A stretch of DNA of 63,892 bases, counting the filler, from Acidimicrobiia bacterium (GTDB lineage Bacteria; Actinomycetota; Acidimicrobiia; Spongiisociales; SHLN01): NCBI GenBank assembly GCA_041619515.1. It is 12 parts of 12 records of this genome, joined end to end, with 100 filler letters (N's around TTAATTAATTAA, not from the genome) between each part and the next. Parts side by side here need not be neighbours in the genome. Positions count along the whole stretch, not along the records: positions 35,368 to 40,751 come from JBFKDW010000124.1; positions 40,852 to 46,224 come from JBFKDW010000125.1; positions 46,325 to 51,243 come from JBFKDW010000126.1; 9 more parts are not named here. One strand, written 5' to 3'. This document shows, in pieces, positions 39,493 to 49,356 of this stretch. A model generated the notes under the pieces. That model ran no database searches. It worked only from the letters and a program-made list of their open reading frames with translations, and had not been told where the DNA came from. The position numbers and the translations under genes were made by a program. Numbering within the stretch: position 1 is the first letter of the stretch; the number at the start of each line of letters is the position of its first letter.

Positions 39493-40637
39493 TGGATCTC
39501 GACCTCGACCCTCAGCATCGGCTCTTGCGCGACACGGTGCGCTCCTTTGCGGAGAGCGAGATCGCCCCGGTGGCCGCCCGGCTCGACGAGGAGGAGCAGT
39601 TCTCGGTTGAGCTGACCCACCGGATGGGTGAGCTGGGGATGTTTGGGATCGTGATTCCCGAGGAATACGGCGGCCAGGGCATGGACTATCTCGCCTATGT
39701 GATCGCCACCGAGGAGCTGGCGAGGGTCGACGGCTCGCAGGCCGCCACGGTGACGGCCGGCAACTCCCTGGGGATTGGGCCCATTTACTACTTCGGCACC
39801 GAGGAGCAGCGCCAGCGCTACCTGCCGAAGCTCTGCACCGGAAGCGGGTTGTGGGCATTTGGGCTGACCGAGGCGGGGGCGGGGTCCGACTCCCGCGCCT
39901 CGCGCACACGGGCCGAAGCGGTCCCGGACGGGTGGCGCCTGAACGGTTCCAAGATATTCATCACTAATGCTTCCTCGCCCATTTCAGTCGGGGTCACCGT
40001 CCAGGCAGTGACGGGGGGTGAGGAAAGTCGGCCCGAGCTCACCTGCTACCTGGTCGAGCACGGCACGCCTGGATTCACCGCTACCACCATGCACGGCAAG
40101 CTCATGTGGCGGGCGTCGAACACCGCCGAGCTCGCCTTCGCCGACTGCGTGGTGGCGGGCGATGCAGTGCTCGGTGGACGGGGCAACGGATCGAAGCTGA
40201 TGCTCGAAACGCTCGACACCGGCCGGCTCGGGATCGCTGCGATGGGCCTCGGCGCCGCCCAGGGAGCGTTCGAGGCCGCACTCGCCTATGCCAAGGAGCG
40301 CAAGCAGTTCGGGCGCCCCATCGGCTCATACCAGGGCGTCTCGTTCCAGCTGGCAGACATGGCGATGAAAATCGACCATGCCCGCACGTACTTGTACCGC
40401 GCCGCTCGCCTGAAAGACGCCGGCCGGAGTTTCCGCACAGAAGCAGCGATGGCCAAGCTGTTCTGCACCGAAGTGGCAGGCGAGGTGACCGACGCTGCCG
40501 TGCAGATCCACGGCGGCTATGGGCTGATGAAAGACTCGACCGTCGAACGGTTCTACCGGGACCACCGCATCCTCCGCATCGGCGAGGGCACCAGCGAGAT
40601 TCAGCGGATTGTGATCTCCCGGGCGCTCGGGCTCTGA
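39492..40637 (+). CDS. Acyl-CoA dehydrogenase (short/branched chain type)
   Basis: FGLTEAGAGSDS, NGSKIFITN, GRLGIAA, QIHGGYG, IGEGTSEIQR. Confidence 0.95.
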   Translation: MDLDLDPQHRLLRDTVRSFAESEIAPVAARLDEEEQFSVELTHRMGELGMFGIVIPEEYGGQGMDYLAYVIATEELARVDGSQAATVTAGNSLGIGPIYYFGTEEQRQRYLPKLCTGSGLWAFGLTEAGAGSDSRASRTRAEAVPDGWRLNGSKIFITNASSPISVGVTVQAVTGGEESRPELTCYLVEHGTPGFTATTMHGKLMWRASNTAELAFADCVVAGDAVLGGRGNGSKLMLETLDTGRLGIAAMGLGAAQGAFEAALAYAKERKQFGRPIGSYQGVSFQLADMAMKIDHARTYLYRAARLKDAGRSFRTEAAMAKLFCTEVAGEVTDAAVQIHGGYGLMKDSTVERFYRDHRILRIGEGTSEIQRIVISRALGL

Positions 40638-40656
40638 CCGAGGCTGCTCCCGTCCG

Positions 40657-40749
40657 CTAGGACGTGACAGTCCCTTCGGCCTCCTCGAGGCGAGCGCGGA
40701 AGCTGGTGTCCCCGAGCACCACCACCCGCCACACCACCCACGCCAGCAA
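40657..40749 (-). CDS. 3' end of a membrane protein gene (contig edge)
   Basis: Manual translation LLAWVVWRVVVLGDTSFRARLEEAEGTVTS*. Confidence 0.5.
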   Translation of the reverse strand: MLAWVVWRVVVLGDTSFRARLEEAEGTVTS

Positions 40750-40986
40750 CGNNNNNNNNNNNNNNNNNNNNNNNNNNNNNNNNNNNNNNNNNNNNTTAAT
40801 TAATTAANNNNNNNNNNNNNNNNNNNNNNNNNNNNNNNNNNNNNNNNNNNNACGTGCAGCTGGCGGGTTTCCAATACCGCCCGGATCTCAACGAGGTGAG
40901 CACCACCCTGGTGATCGAGGGGCCCTGATTAGCTGAAGAATCTGGCCCACGCGTCCGAAACTCCTAACATCAGGGTCGGGAATTCC

Positions 40987-42792
40987 ATGAAACATCGCCT
41001 GCTCACGGTTCTCGCCGCCCTCATGGTGCTGGCGCCCAGCACGGCGTCGTCGGCCGACGAACCGGTGTTCGTCGACCCCGATACCGCCCGCTGGCAGGTC
41101 GAGCACGTCGACGCCACCTTCGACACGTTCTACTTCGGGCTGCCGGGTGACATACCCATCTCAGGTGACTGGGATTGCGACGGAATCGACTCGGCCGGCA
41201 TGTGGCGCCCCGAGACCGGCTTCATGTACCTACAGGACGATGCCACCGGCGTTGCCCACGAACGGCTCTTCCTGGGGGAGGCGGGCCACGTCCCGCTGGC
41301 CGGGGATTGGGACGGGGACGGGTGTGACACGGTCGGGGTCTACGTCCCGAGCAACGGCCGGGTGTGGCTGAGCAACGATCTCGAGCCGGGGTTCGACGTC
41401 AACTACTACTTCGGTGTTCCCGGTGATCGGCCTTTCGTCGGCGATTTCGACGAAGACGGGATCGATGAGATCGGGCTGCATCGCCAAACGACCGGCTTCG
41501 TCTACCTCCGGATGACCCACAGCACCGGGATCGCCAACAGCGAGTTCTACTTCGGGGTCGGCGGGGACCGCATCGTCTCGGGCGACTGGGACCAGGACGG
41601 CGACGACACCGTCGGTGTGTTCCGCCCCGGCGACGGCCGGTTCTACCTGCAGAACGACAACGTCACTGCATTTGCCGACGCCTCGTATCCGTACCCGATC
41701 CCCCAGGCGATTCCGGTGTCGGGTGTGTATCAGGAGTTCGTGCCGTCTCCCCGACCAGAGAGTCGGTACCGATCATTCACTCTGGCAGCAAGCGGGGACT
41801 TCCTCATCCACTCGGCCGTCTACCAGGCTGCGGCCGGCTACGCCGGTGGAGACGGCTACGACTTCTCGCCGATGCTCGAACCGATCAAGCCGATCGTCAC
41901 CGCCGCCGACTTCGCCATCTGCCATCTGGAGGTGCCGCTCTCGCCGGACAGCACCAACCTGTCGTCGTACCCGCAGTTCAATTCGCCCGCCGAGCTGGCC
42001 GATGCCATCGCCGGGGCCGGGTACGACACCTGCTCGGTTGCCTCCAACCACACCATCGACAAGGGTGAGGCCGGCGTCCGCAACACGCTCGGGGTGCTCG
42101 ACGCCGCCGGGCTCCAGCACGCCGGGGCCGCTCGGGGGCCCGAGGAGGACACTCCCTCCCTGTACGACGTCAACGGCGTCACGGTCGGGCATCTGTCCTA
42201 CACGTACGGCCTCAACGGGCTGGTGGTCCCCGCCGGCAAGGGTTACCTCGTCAACGTGACCGGGGTCGAGCAGATCCTTGCCGACGCCGCCCGGGCCAAG
42301 TCCCAGGGCGCCGAGTTCGTGGTGGTGTCCATGCACTGGGGGAATGAGTACACCGTCGACCCGACCAGCACCCAGCGCCAGCAGGCCCAAACCATCTTGG
42401 CGTCTCCCGACATCGATCTGATCCTCGGCCACCACGCCCACGTCATCCAGCCGATCGGGCAGGTGGACGGCGAGTACGTGGTCTACGGCATGGGCAACTT
42501 CCTGTCGAATCAGCGGTCGGGCAACACCCGGGTCGGCACCGAGGACGGCGTGCTGGTCCAGGCCAAGGTATGGGAGCAGCCGGACGGATCCTTCAGCGTG
42601 TCCTACATCGACTACACCCCCACCTACGTGGAGGAAGGCACATTCCGGATCCTCCCGGTGGCCGAGACGCTCAACGACCTCTCCACATCCTCCGCCCTGG
42701 CAGCTGCCCTCCAGACCTCCTGGGACCGAACCCAGGAGCGCATCAACCGGCTCGGAACCCCGGGAGTCAGCCCCACCTCCACGCCGAAATGA
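40987..42792 (+). CDS. Secreted CapA (PGA_cap metallophosphoesterase) family protein with N-terminal GDWDGDG (FG-GAP-like) repeats
   Basis: Signal peptide; four GD(W/F)DxDG repeats; ASGD, HLEVP, ASNH..D, MHWGNEY, GHHAHVIQP, YGMGNF. Confidence 0.9.
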   Translation: MKHRLLTVLAALMVLAPSTASSADEPVFVDPDTARWQVEHVDATFDTFYFGLPGDIPISGDWDCDGIDSAGMWRPETGFMYLQDDATGVAHERLFLGEAGHVPLAGDWDGDGCDTVGVYVPSNGRVWLSNDLEPGFDVNYYFGVPGDRPFVGDFDEDGIDEIGLHRQTTGFVYLRMTHSTGIANSEFYFGVGGDRIVSGDWDQDGDDTVGVFRPGDGRFYLQNDNVTAFADASYPYPIPQAIPVSGVYQEFVPSPRPESRYRSFTLAASGDFLIHSAVYQAAAGYAGGDGYDFSPMLEPIKPIVTAADFAICHLEVPLSPDSTNLSSYPQFNSPAELADAIAGAGYDTCSVASNHTIDKGEAGVRNTLGVLDAAGLQHAGAARGPEEDTPSLYDVNGVTVGHLSYTYGLNGLVVPAGKGYLVNVTGVEQILADAARAKSQGAEFVVVSMHWGNEYTVDPTSTQRQQAQTILASPDIDLILGHHAHVIQPIGQVDGEYVVYGMGNFLSNQRSGNTRVGTEDGVLVQAKVWEQPDGSFSVSYIDYTPTYVEEGTFRILPVAETLNDLSTSSALAAALQTSWDRTQERINRLGTPGVSPTSTPK

Positions 42793-43232
42793 GCGAGCCG
42801 AGCAAAGGTCAGGCCCTGTGGCGGGGCGCCACCAAGCGCTGTGCCCGGTGTGGAGAGCGCAAGCTGTTCCGGCGCTGGGTGAGCATGGTGGAACGCTGCC
42901 CCCGGTGCGGACACCACTTCGAGCGAGGAGACGGGTTCTGGCTGGGGTCGATCACGGTCAACATGGCCTTCACCTTCGCCACCTTCCTGCTGGTGTTTGC
43001 CGGGGGCATGGTGGCCACCTGGCCCGATGTTCCCTGGACGCTGCTGCTCATACTCACGCTGACCCTCAACGCCCTCTTTCCGGTCCTGTTCCATCCCCTT
43101 TCCCGCACCCTGTGGGTGGGAATGGAGATGGCTGCCCGACCGCTCGAGCCGCGCGAGGTGGTCGACGCCGCAGCATATGGGACCGGTGAGTGGAGCATCG
43201 CCGGCCTGGTGCCCGGCTCCCCGGACCGGTGA
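42789..43232 (+). CDS. DUF983 family Zn-ribbon membrane protein
   Basis: CARCGERKLF, CPRCG..FERGDGFW, two TM helices; ATGA overlap. Confidence 0.85.
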   Translation: MSEPSKGQALWRGATKRCARCGERKLFRRWVSMVERCPRCGHHFERGDGFWLGSITVNMAFTFATFLLVFAGGMVATWPDVPWTLLLILTLTLNALFPVLFHPLSRTLWVGMEMAARPLEPREVVDAAAYGTGEWSIAGLVPGSPDR

Positions 43233-43248
43233 TCAACCGCCCGGCTGG

Positions 43249-44034
43249 CTAGAAGCCGGCCGCCTCGAACTTCCCGGCGATCGCCACGATGAATTCATCC
43301 TGTCCGGCGAAGTCCTCGCCCACGTTGACGAACGCGAGGCGGGCCGCCGCCCGGCCCCGCTGCATCGTCCGATTCGTCACGAAGACCTCCGTCACTTCGG
43401 CTCCGGACGTCACCGTGAGGATCGCCTTGAACGAGACCAGTTTGAACCCGTCGAACTCGTCTATTTCGCCGGTGGTGCTGGTCTCGTAGCCGTCGACCTC
43501 CCCGAACGAGCCGGCGTCGACCACATCGGCGGCAAGCAGCTCGAAGGCCTCCCGTACGCACGTCAGGACCGACTCGTCCGTCCATGCATCGACGAAAGAC
43601 GTGGCGTCGGCGGCTGCGGGATACAACCGCACCTCCTGCTCGAATTCGGCCTCGCCGAACGAAAACGTCGACGACGGCTCCTCTACCAGGTGGGATTCGT
43701 CGGCCTGGAGTGCTGTGATCAGCTCGCAGCCCTCCAGCTGCGAGTAGTCGAACTCGTCGTCCTCCGCGTCGGGGTCCGTGGCCGTCCATCCGTCGACGAA
43801 GTCATCCAGGACGAGGAGCAGGGACCGGGCCAGCGCTCTCTCGGCGTCGAGCGGGTCTGGAGCGACCGTGGTGGTCGTCGACGGAGTCGTCGTCGTCGAC
43901 GTGGACGTAGCCGGCGGCGCCGTTGTGGCCGGGGTCGTGGGGGCGACGGTTGAGGTCGGCGCAGTAGTGCCGGAGTCCCCGCCGCCGCAGGCTGCGACGA
44001 CGAACGCCAGAGTCACGATCGACTTCCTGTTCAT
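43249..44034 (-). CDS. Hypothetical lipoprotein (Thr-rich linker, acidic domain with 2 Cys)
   Basis: VAAC lipobox, Thr/Pro linker, LLLVLDDFVDGW. Confidence 0.78.
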   Translation of the reverse strand: MNRKSIVTLAFVVAACGGGDSGTTAPTSTVAPTTPATTAPPATSTSTTTTPSTTTTVAPDPLDAERALARSLLLVLDDFVDGWTATDPDAEDDEFDYSQLEGCELITALQADESHLVEEPSSTFSFGEAEFEQEVRLYPAAADATSFVDAWTDESVLTCVREAFELLAADVVDAGSFGEVDGYETSTTGEIDEFDGFKLVSFKAILTVTSGAEVTEVFVTNRTMQRGRAAARLAFVNVGEDFAGQDEFIVAIAGKFEAAGF

Positions 44035-44104
44035 GTCACCAGCCGGAACCTAGTCCGGCCCGCCGGGTGATGCGGATGTTGCGGTGCCCCACAGTCCGGG
44101 GCTC

Positions 44105-45943
44105 TCACGTCACCGACTTGGCGCGAGTCTTCTCCCGCTTGCGGTCGCTTTCGGTGAGAAAACGCTTCCGCACCCGGATGGCGGTGGGAGTCACCTCGAC
44201 CAGCTCGTCGTCTGCAATCCACTCGATGGCGGTTTCCAGCGTGTGGATCCTCGGCGGCTTGAGCTTGATGGCGTCGTCGGAGGCATGGGTTCGGATGTTG
44301 GTGAGCTGCTTCCCTTTCGTGGGGTTGACCGTCATCTCTTCAGGACGCGAGGCCTCCCCGATGATCATGCCCTCGTAGACGTCGACACCGGCGCCGATGA
44401 ACAGCTCACCGCGTTTCTGCAGATTGTCGAGGGCGAAGGCGGTCGAGGAGCCCTTGCGATCTGAGGTCATGGCGCCGCCGACCCGGTGGGGCATCTCGCC
44501 CGCCCACGGCATCCAGCCGGCGTGATGCTGGTGGATCAAGGCGGTGCCGCGGGTGGCGGTCATGAGGAGCGACCTGAAGCCGAGGAGCCCCCGGGCCGGT
44601 GCTTCCACGGTGACGATGGTGCGGCCGGTGTCACCGGGTCGCAGATCGGTCACCTTCCCCTTGCGGGGAGCGGCGGTCTGAGTGACGGTTCCGACGTAGT
44701 CGTCGGGCACGTCCACCACCGCGCGCTCGAGCGGCTCGTGGGGCTTGCCGTCGATTTCGCGAATGATGACCTCGGGCCGGCTCACCTGCAGCTCGAAGCC
44801 CTCCCGTCGCATCGATTCGATCAGCACCGCCAACTGGAGCTCGCCGCGGCCCGCCACTTCGATGATCTCCGGCGATGAGGTGGCTCCGATGCGGATCGAC
44901 ACGTTGCCGAGCACTTCGCGTTCGAGCCGGTCCTTGATCTGGCGCGAGGTCAGGAATTTCCCGTCGCGACCCGCCAGGGGGGAGGTGTTGACTCCGAAGG
45001 TCATTCGCAGGACGGGCTCGTCGACGGTGAGCCGCGGTAGCGGCTGAGGATCGGTGGCGTCGGCGATGGTGTCGCCGATCTCAACTTCGGGGAATCCTGC
45101 CAGCACGAACAGGTCGCCGGCGACTCGCTCCTCGACGGCGGTCCGTTCCAGCCCGCTGAACCCGAGCAAGCTGGTCAGCCTTCTCTTGAGCGGCGGCTCC
45201 TCTTCGCTCGCATGGCACAGGGCAACCTGCTCGCCCGCCCGCATGGTCCCCTCGACCACCCGTCCAATGGCGAGCCGGCCCAGATAGTCCGATGCGTCCA
45301 GGTTGGTGACGAGCGCCTGCAATGGTGCGCCCGGGTCACCCGACGGAGCCGGGATCGTCTCGACGATCGCATCCAGGAGTGCAGAGAGGTCGGCGTCACC
45401 GTCCGGTATGCCGACCCCGGTGACAGCCCGGCCCTCCCGTGCAATCGTGGAGATGATCGGAAACTCGATATGAGCGTCGGAAGCGTCGAGGTCGAAGAAC
45501 AACTCATAGATCTCATCGACCACCGCCTCGCTGCGGGAGTCGGGGCGGTCGACCTTGTTGACGACCACCACCGCCGGGAGATGGCGGGCAAGTGCTTTGG
45601 AGAGCACGTAGCGGGTTTGTGGCATCGGGCCTTCGGCGGCGTCGACCAGCAGCAGCACCCCGTCGACGAGCGCCAGTGCCCGCTCTACTTCGCCCCCGAA
45701 GTCTGCGTGCCCGGGCGTGTCGACCAGGTTGATGCGGGTTCCCTTCCACTCCACCGAAGCGGCCTTGGCGAGGATGGTGATACCCCGCTCGCGTTCCTGG
45801 TCGTCGGAATCCATCACGCGATCGACGCGAGCCTCGTGAGACGCGAACACTCCGGTCGATGACAGCATGGCGTCGACCAGGGTGGTCTTCCCGTGGTCGA
45901 CGTGCGCGATCAACGCCACGTTGCGAAAGGAGGAGGCAGACAT
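44105..45943 (-). CDS. typA: Translational GTPase TypA/BipA
   Basis: [68 protein letters not shown]. Confidence 0.97.
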   Translation of the reverse strand: MSASSFRNVALIAHVDHGKTTLVDAMLSSTGVFASHEARVDRVMDSDDQERERGITILAKAASVEWKGTRINLVDTPGHADFGGEVERALALVDGVLLLVDAAEGPMPQTRYVLSKALARHLPAVVVVNKVDRPDSRSEAVVDEIYELFFDLDASDAHIEFPIISTIAREGRAVTGVGIPDGDADLSALLDAIVETIPAPSGDPGAPLQALVTNLDASDYLGRLAIGRVVEGTMRAGEQVALCHASEEEPPLKRRLTSLLGFSGLERTAVEERVAGDLFVLAGFPEVEIGDTIADATDPQPLPRLTVDEPVLRMTFGVNTSPLAGRDGKFLTSRQIKDRLEREVLGNVSIRIGATSSPEIIEVAGRGELQLAVLIESMRREGFELQVSRPEVIIREIDGKPHEPLERAVVDVPDDYVGTVTQTAAPRKGKVTDLRPGDTGRTIVTVEAPARGLLGFRSLLMTATRGTALIHQHHAGWMPWAGEMPHRVGGAMTSDRKGSSTAFALDNLQKRGELFIGAGVDVYEGMIIGEASRPEEMTVNPTKGKQLTNIRTHASDDAIKLKPPRIHTLETAIEWIADDELVEVTPTAIRVRKRFLTESDRKREKTRAKSVT

Positions 45944-46004
45944 TGCGGGCGCAATAGTAGGGCCCCGGGCACCCCTACGGGCTACTTGGCAGATGCAGGC
46001 GTGG

Positions 46005-46224
46005 GTCCCCCCTGCGGGGGAGGAGAGTGGTGTTTCTCTCCCCCCGGGAGGGGGGAGCCCTGGGTGGGGGTTCTGGTGGCGGGGGAGGAGAGACGGTTTC
46101 TCTCCACCCGGAGGGGGGAGTCCGGCGTAGCCGGGAGGGGGGAGTCCTGGGTGTGGGTTCTGTTGGCGGGGGAGGAGACAGAGTCCCCCTCCGCCGCTGC
46201 GGGGCACCTCCCCCTGCGGGGGAG
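46005..46224. repeat. Type A/B palindrome cluster at contig end
   Basis: About 125 bp (46100-46224) nearly identical to 12466-12590, including the spacer GAGTCCTGGGTGTGGGTTCTG. Confidence 0.9.
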
Positions 46225-46324
46225 NNNNNNNNNNNNNNNNNNNNNNNNNNNNNNNNNNNNNNNNNNNNTTAATTAATTAANNNNNNNNNNNNNNNNNNNN
46301 NNNNNNNNNNNNNNNNNNNNNNNN

Positions 46325-46499
46325 CCGACGTGACTTGGAACCGGGTGTCGGTCCGGACGGGGACCGCATGCCCCCGGTGAGCGAGTCCGGCGGCGTGCTC
46401 GAACACGGGCCGTCCATCAGCCCACAGGAGGACCACACCGCTGAACGCGCCCGTTGCAGCCCGGTCATCGAGCCAGGCCCGGAGCGTCTTGGTATCCAT
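46325..46499 (-). CDS. Serine hydrolase (beta-lactamase family), N-terminal fragment, 3' truncated
   Basis: FSGVVL, AAGLAHR, TDTRFQVTS leading into the expected SxxK motif; GAGGAG upstream. Confidence 0.8.
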
Positions 46500-46557
46500 C
46501 CACGATGAATCTACGCCGGTCCATCTCCTCTATGCCGCCGATCAACACACCCGCGGC

Positions 46558-46692
46558 GGCGATCTCGCCGTCGTAGACCTCGATCAGATCCCGAAGCGAG
46601 TCCAGCCGGTACTCGTAGGCGTCGCCCATCCGGGTCTCGTTCAAGAACGCATGGCCGGCCGGGCCCCACAACTCCACCAGCCGAGGGATCAC
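46558..46692 (-). pseudogene. Probable IS110-family transposase remnant
   Basis: LWGPAGHAFL..AYEYRLDSLRDLIEVYDGEIA resembles the coiled-coil mid-region of actinobacterial IS110 transposases (from memory); no catalytic domains present. Confidence 0.45.
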
Positions 46693-46942
46693 GTACGCTG
46701 TCATCTCGGGGCTTCCTCCCACTCGGTGGACAGCAACCCGGATGATGCCGGGTCACCGACGAGCGGGGAGGCCCCGCCCGCTCATCGCATCACCTCGGAG
46801 TGTGCCCGACATTGAGTCGACGGGCACTCAGGGGTGGCGCCTGGGCGCTGAACCGTGTTCCTCCGGTCAGGGTTCATATGCCGCGGCCGTCGGCGTACCC
46901 ACCCAATGTGCCGTAGCGCCGACTAGACGGCCGTGCAATGGC

Positions 46943-47812
46943 TCAGGCGATAGTTCCGTCGCTCATGCTTCCGCCCGGACGGGTGTGGTTGCTTCCCTGA
47001 CTGGAGTATGTCGCCGGGAGATGCATGAACTTCGAGTAGGTCCTGATGGTCCATGAGACCGGGCCGCGGAAGAAGTATGCCTCGGGTGCTGCGATTTGGT
47101 CGATGTCCTTCTTGTACCGCTGGGCGGTGCCCTTGGTGAGATGGAACTTGAGCCCGTCGTTGTTGCTGAAGACCTCATGGATGATCAGCGCGTCCTCGCC
47201 GGCGACCTGGTAGACCTCGAACCGCAGCATCTCTTCTTCCATCGAGAAGGCATCGGTGCCGACTCGTTGCCACCAGTTCTTCAGCTCCTCGAGGTTGCTC
47301 GGCTCGGACGGCTTGCACGTCCACTTGGCGGTGACGTTGACAGCGGTCGTCGGGTCGGGGCGGTGGTAGTCGTCCTTGACGAACCCGCAGAGATGCCCGC
47401 CGAACACCGCAGGGACGTTCTTGTCGAGGATCGCGTGACGGACCGAGGTCGGGATTGCAGTTCCGCGCACGAGGTGGAGCTCGGGCGTGGCGACCGCACT
47501 GAGGGCGGCCATGTGCTCGGTCGCGGTAGTTCCGAAGTAGTTCAGGAGGGCGTCTGGGTTCTCGAAGACGTGGTGGATGAGCACCGCATCCTCGCCAACT
47601 GCATTGTTGATCTCGGTGGAGAGCACACCGTCGCTGGAGCGGGCGCCCACATGGATATCTTCCCACTCCTGGAGCATTCCTCTCGAGTCCTCTGACTTCC
47701 GGAATCTCCCGCCCGGCGTCTTTGGCACCCACTTGCCGGTGATGCTGATCTCGTCACCGATTCGCGAGGGAACGGTGAGGTGGTCTGGGAGGGGCTCCTT
47801 GGTGAATGACAT
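46943..47812 (-). CDS. Hypothetical protein with two ABM-like (dimeric alpha+beta barrel) repeats
   Basis: Internal duplication ISITGKW..LIHHVFENPDALLNYF / VNVTAKW..LIIHEVFSNNDGLKFHL; AGGAG RBS. Confidence 0.75.
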   Translation of the reverse strand: MSFTKEPLPDHLTVPSRIGDEISITGKWVPKTPGGRFRKSEDSRGMLQEWEDIHVGARSSDGVLSTEINNAVGEDAVLIHHVFENPDALLNYFGTTATEHMAALSAVATPELHLVRGTAIPTSVRHAILDKNVPAVFGGHLCGFVKDDYHRPDPTTAVNVTAKWTCKPSEPSNLEELKNWWQRVGTDAFSMEEEMLRFEVYQVAGEDALIIHEVFSNNDGLKFHLTKGTAQRYKKDIDQIAAPEAYFFRGPVSWTIRTYSKFMHLPATYSSQGSNHTRPGGSMSDGTIA

Positions 47813-47835
47813 GTCCTGCTCCTGTCTCTCGGGAC

Positions 47836-48204
47836 TCAGCGGTTGAATCCGGCCGTGTGTGTGGCGAACTCGCCACCAAGCTGCATCTGCTCGGCGGCGT
47901 GCTTGAGCTCATCGGAAACCTCTCCGAGGAAGAAGAAGGGCCCGGGAGTGGCGATGGCGATCAGCTGCGGGAAGTGGGCAGCCGCGGTGGTGCTCAGGTG
48001 GAATCCCATGGCAGCGGCGTCCGTGAATTCGTCCCTGACGTAGACCGCGTTGTCCTGTTCGGACACGTAGATGTGCACCGCCTCGGCGCCGGGTTCGTTC
48101 GCCTCCATCGCTTCGGTCACTTCGCGGTAGATCGACGCCAGTTCGTCGAGCTTGCCCGGCTGGGCGGTCCACTTGTACACGACCGTCACGTGCTTGCTGT
48201 CCAT
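47836..48204 (-). CDS. Antibiotic biosynthesis monooxygenase (ABM)-like protein
   Basis: KWTAQPGKLDE, NEPG, VYVRDEFTDAAAMGFHL; GAGGAG RBS. Confidence 0.8.
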   Translation of the reverse strand: MDSKHVTVVYKWTAQPGKLDELASIYREVTEAMEANEPGAEAVHIYVSEQDNAVYVRDEFTDAAAMGFHLSTTAAAHFPQLIAIATPGPFFFLGEVSDELKHAAEQMQLGGEFATHTAGFNR

Positions 48205-48252
48205 TGTTGCTCCTCCTCGAGCTCGGGCCCATGTCCGCGGCCTGATCGATAA

Positions 48253-48304
48253 GTAACCGATCGATTGCTTGAGCGAAGGTAACTGATCGATTACTATACG
48301 TCAA
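48253..48304. promoter_or_regulatory. Divergent promoters overlapping two TetR-type operators
   Basis: Imperfect palindromes GTAACCGATCGATTGC (48253-48268) and GTAACTGATCGATTAC (48279-48294); plus-strand TTGAGC-N17-TACTAT; minus-strand TTGACG-N17-TACCTT. Confidence 0.75.
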
Positions 48305-48319
48305 GTCACGGAGGTGGCG

Positions 48320-48925
48320 ATGGGACGATCGAAGCAATACGACCGGGCCGAACTCCTGGACCGTGCAGTGGAGCTGTTCCGGCGACAGGGCTTCAACGGC
48401 ACCAGCACGGCCGAGCTGGTCGACGAGCTTGGAGTGAACCGGAAAAGCATGTACGCAGAGTTCGGGTCCAAGCAGGAGCTCTTCGAAGCGACGCTGGGGC
48501 ACTACGACCGCAAGCACCTGACGCGGGTGCTCGCCCCTATCGAGGCGGCTGACGCAGGGGTCGATGCAATCCGTCAGGCCTTCGCCGGCTACGCCTCCGC
48601 CAGTGAGGGATGGTTTCGTGGACGCGGCTGCCTCATGTGCAATACGGCGGTTGAACGAGGTGCCCTCGATCCTGCAAGCGGAAGATTCGCCGCTGCCTAC
48701 CTGGAACGGATCAACCGGGCATTCCGGCATGCTCTGGAGAACGGACGAAGAGGAGGAGATCTCGACGAGACAGCCGATCTCGACGAGATGGCAGCGTGCC
48801 TCACCACGTTGCTGATCGGGGTGGCGGCGTCAATCCGAGCCGAGGCGCCACCCGAGCAACTTCACGCCACTGGTCGGGCGGTGTCGAGCATCCTCGACAT
48901 GCACGAGTCGACAACCGGGCGATGA
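48320..48925 (+). CDS. TetR/AcrR family transcriptional regulator
   Basis: GRSKQYD, LFRRQGFNGTS, LGVNRKSMYAEFGSKQELF HTH, GCLMCN; GGAGG RBS. Confidence 0.93.
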   Translation: MGRSKQYDRAELLDRAVELFRRQGFNGTSTAELVDELGVNRKSMYAEFGSKQELFEATLGHYDRKHLTRVLAPIEAADAGVDAIRQAFAGYASASEGWFRGRGCLMCNTAVERGALDPASGRFAAAYLERINRAFRHALENGRRGGDLDETADLDEMAACLTTLLIGVAASIRAEAPPEQLHATGRAVSSILDMHESTTGR

Positions 48926-49356
48926 GAGCGCTGTCATACCGAAACCGATCAGCGAAACCCTCGTTGCCCGGATCCGCATGACATGTGTGTGGAGCAGCTC
49001 TGCTGCCGGGTCATGGTCATGGATCGACCAGTTGAACGATGGCGTGGCGCGCCCGTCTGGGCCACGGCTTCCTCACCACGATCAGCACCACGACCGGTGA
49101 GGTGGTCGTGGCCGTCTACCCGAAGGTGATCGTCGTCACGAAGCGAGTCGCAAGACCCCTCGCAGAGACCAAGCACTCGGTCGTCATCCGAGGTCGCACC
49201 CCACTCCGATCACCAATTCTGGAAGCAGAACGCCCACATCGCCGAATAGCGCCGAACGACACGTACGCGCTCGCGGCCAGGCGGCGAACCCACTGCGCTG
49301 CGTGGCCGCGCGTTCGGTGCGGCCGGTCAGCTCGCCTCGGGTGAGCGCAAGGCCGC

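Noticed and set aside
44105..46207. 700-aa TypA with an N-terminal extension
   Set aside because: The extension is translated palindromic repeat; the family N-terminus starts at 45943
49039..49344. 101-aa ORF downstream of tetR
   Set aside because: No motif, no convincing RBS and atypical composition; probably debris in a decayed region
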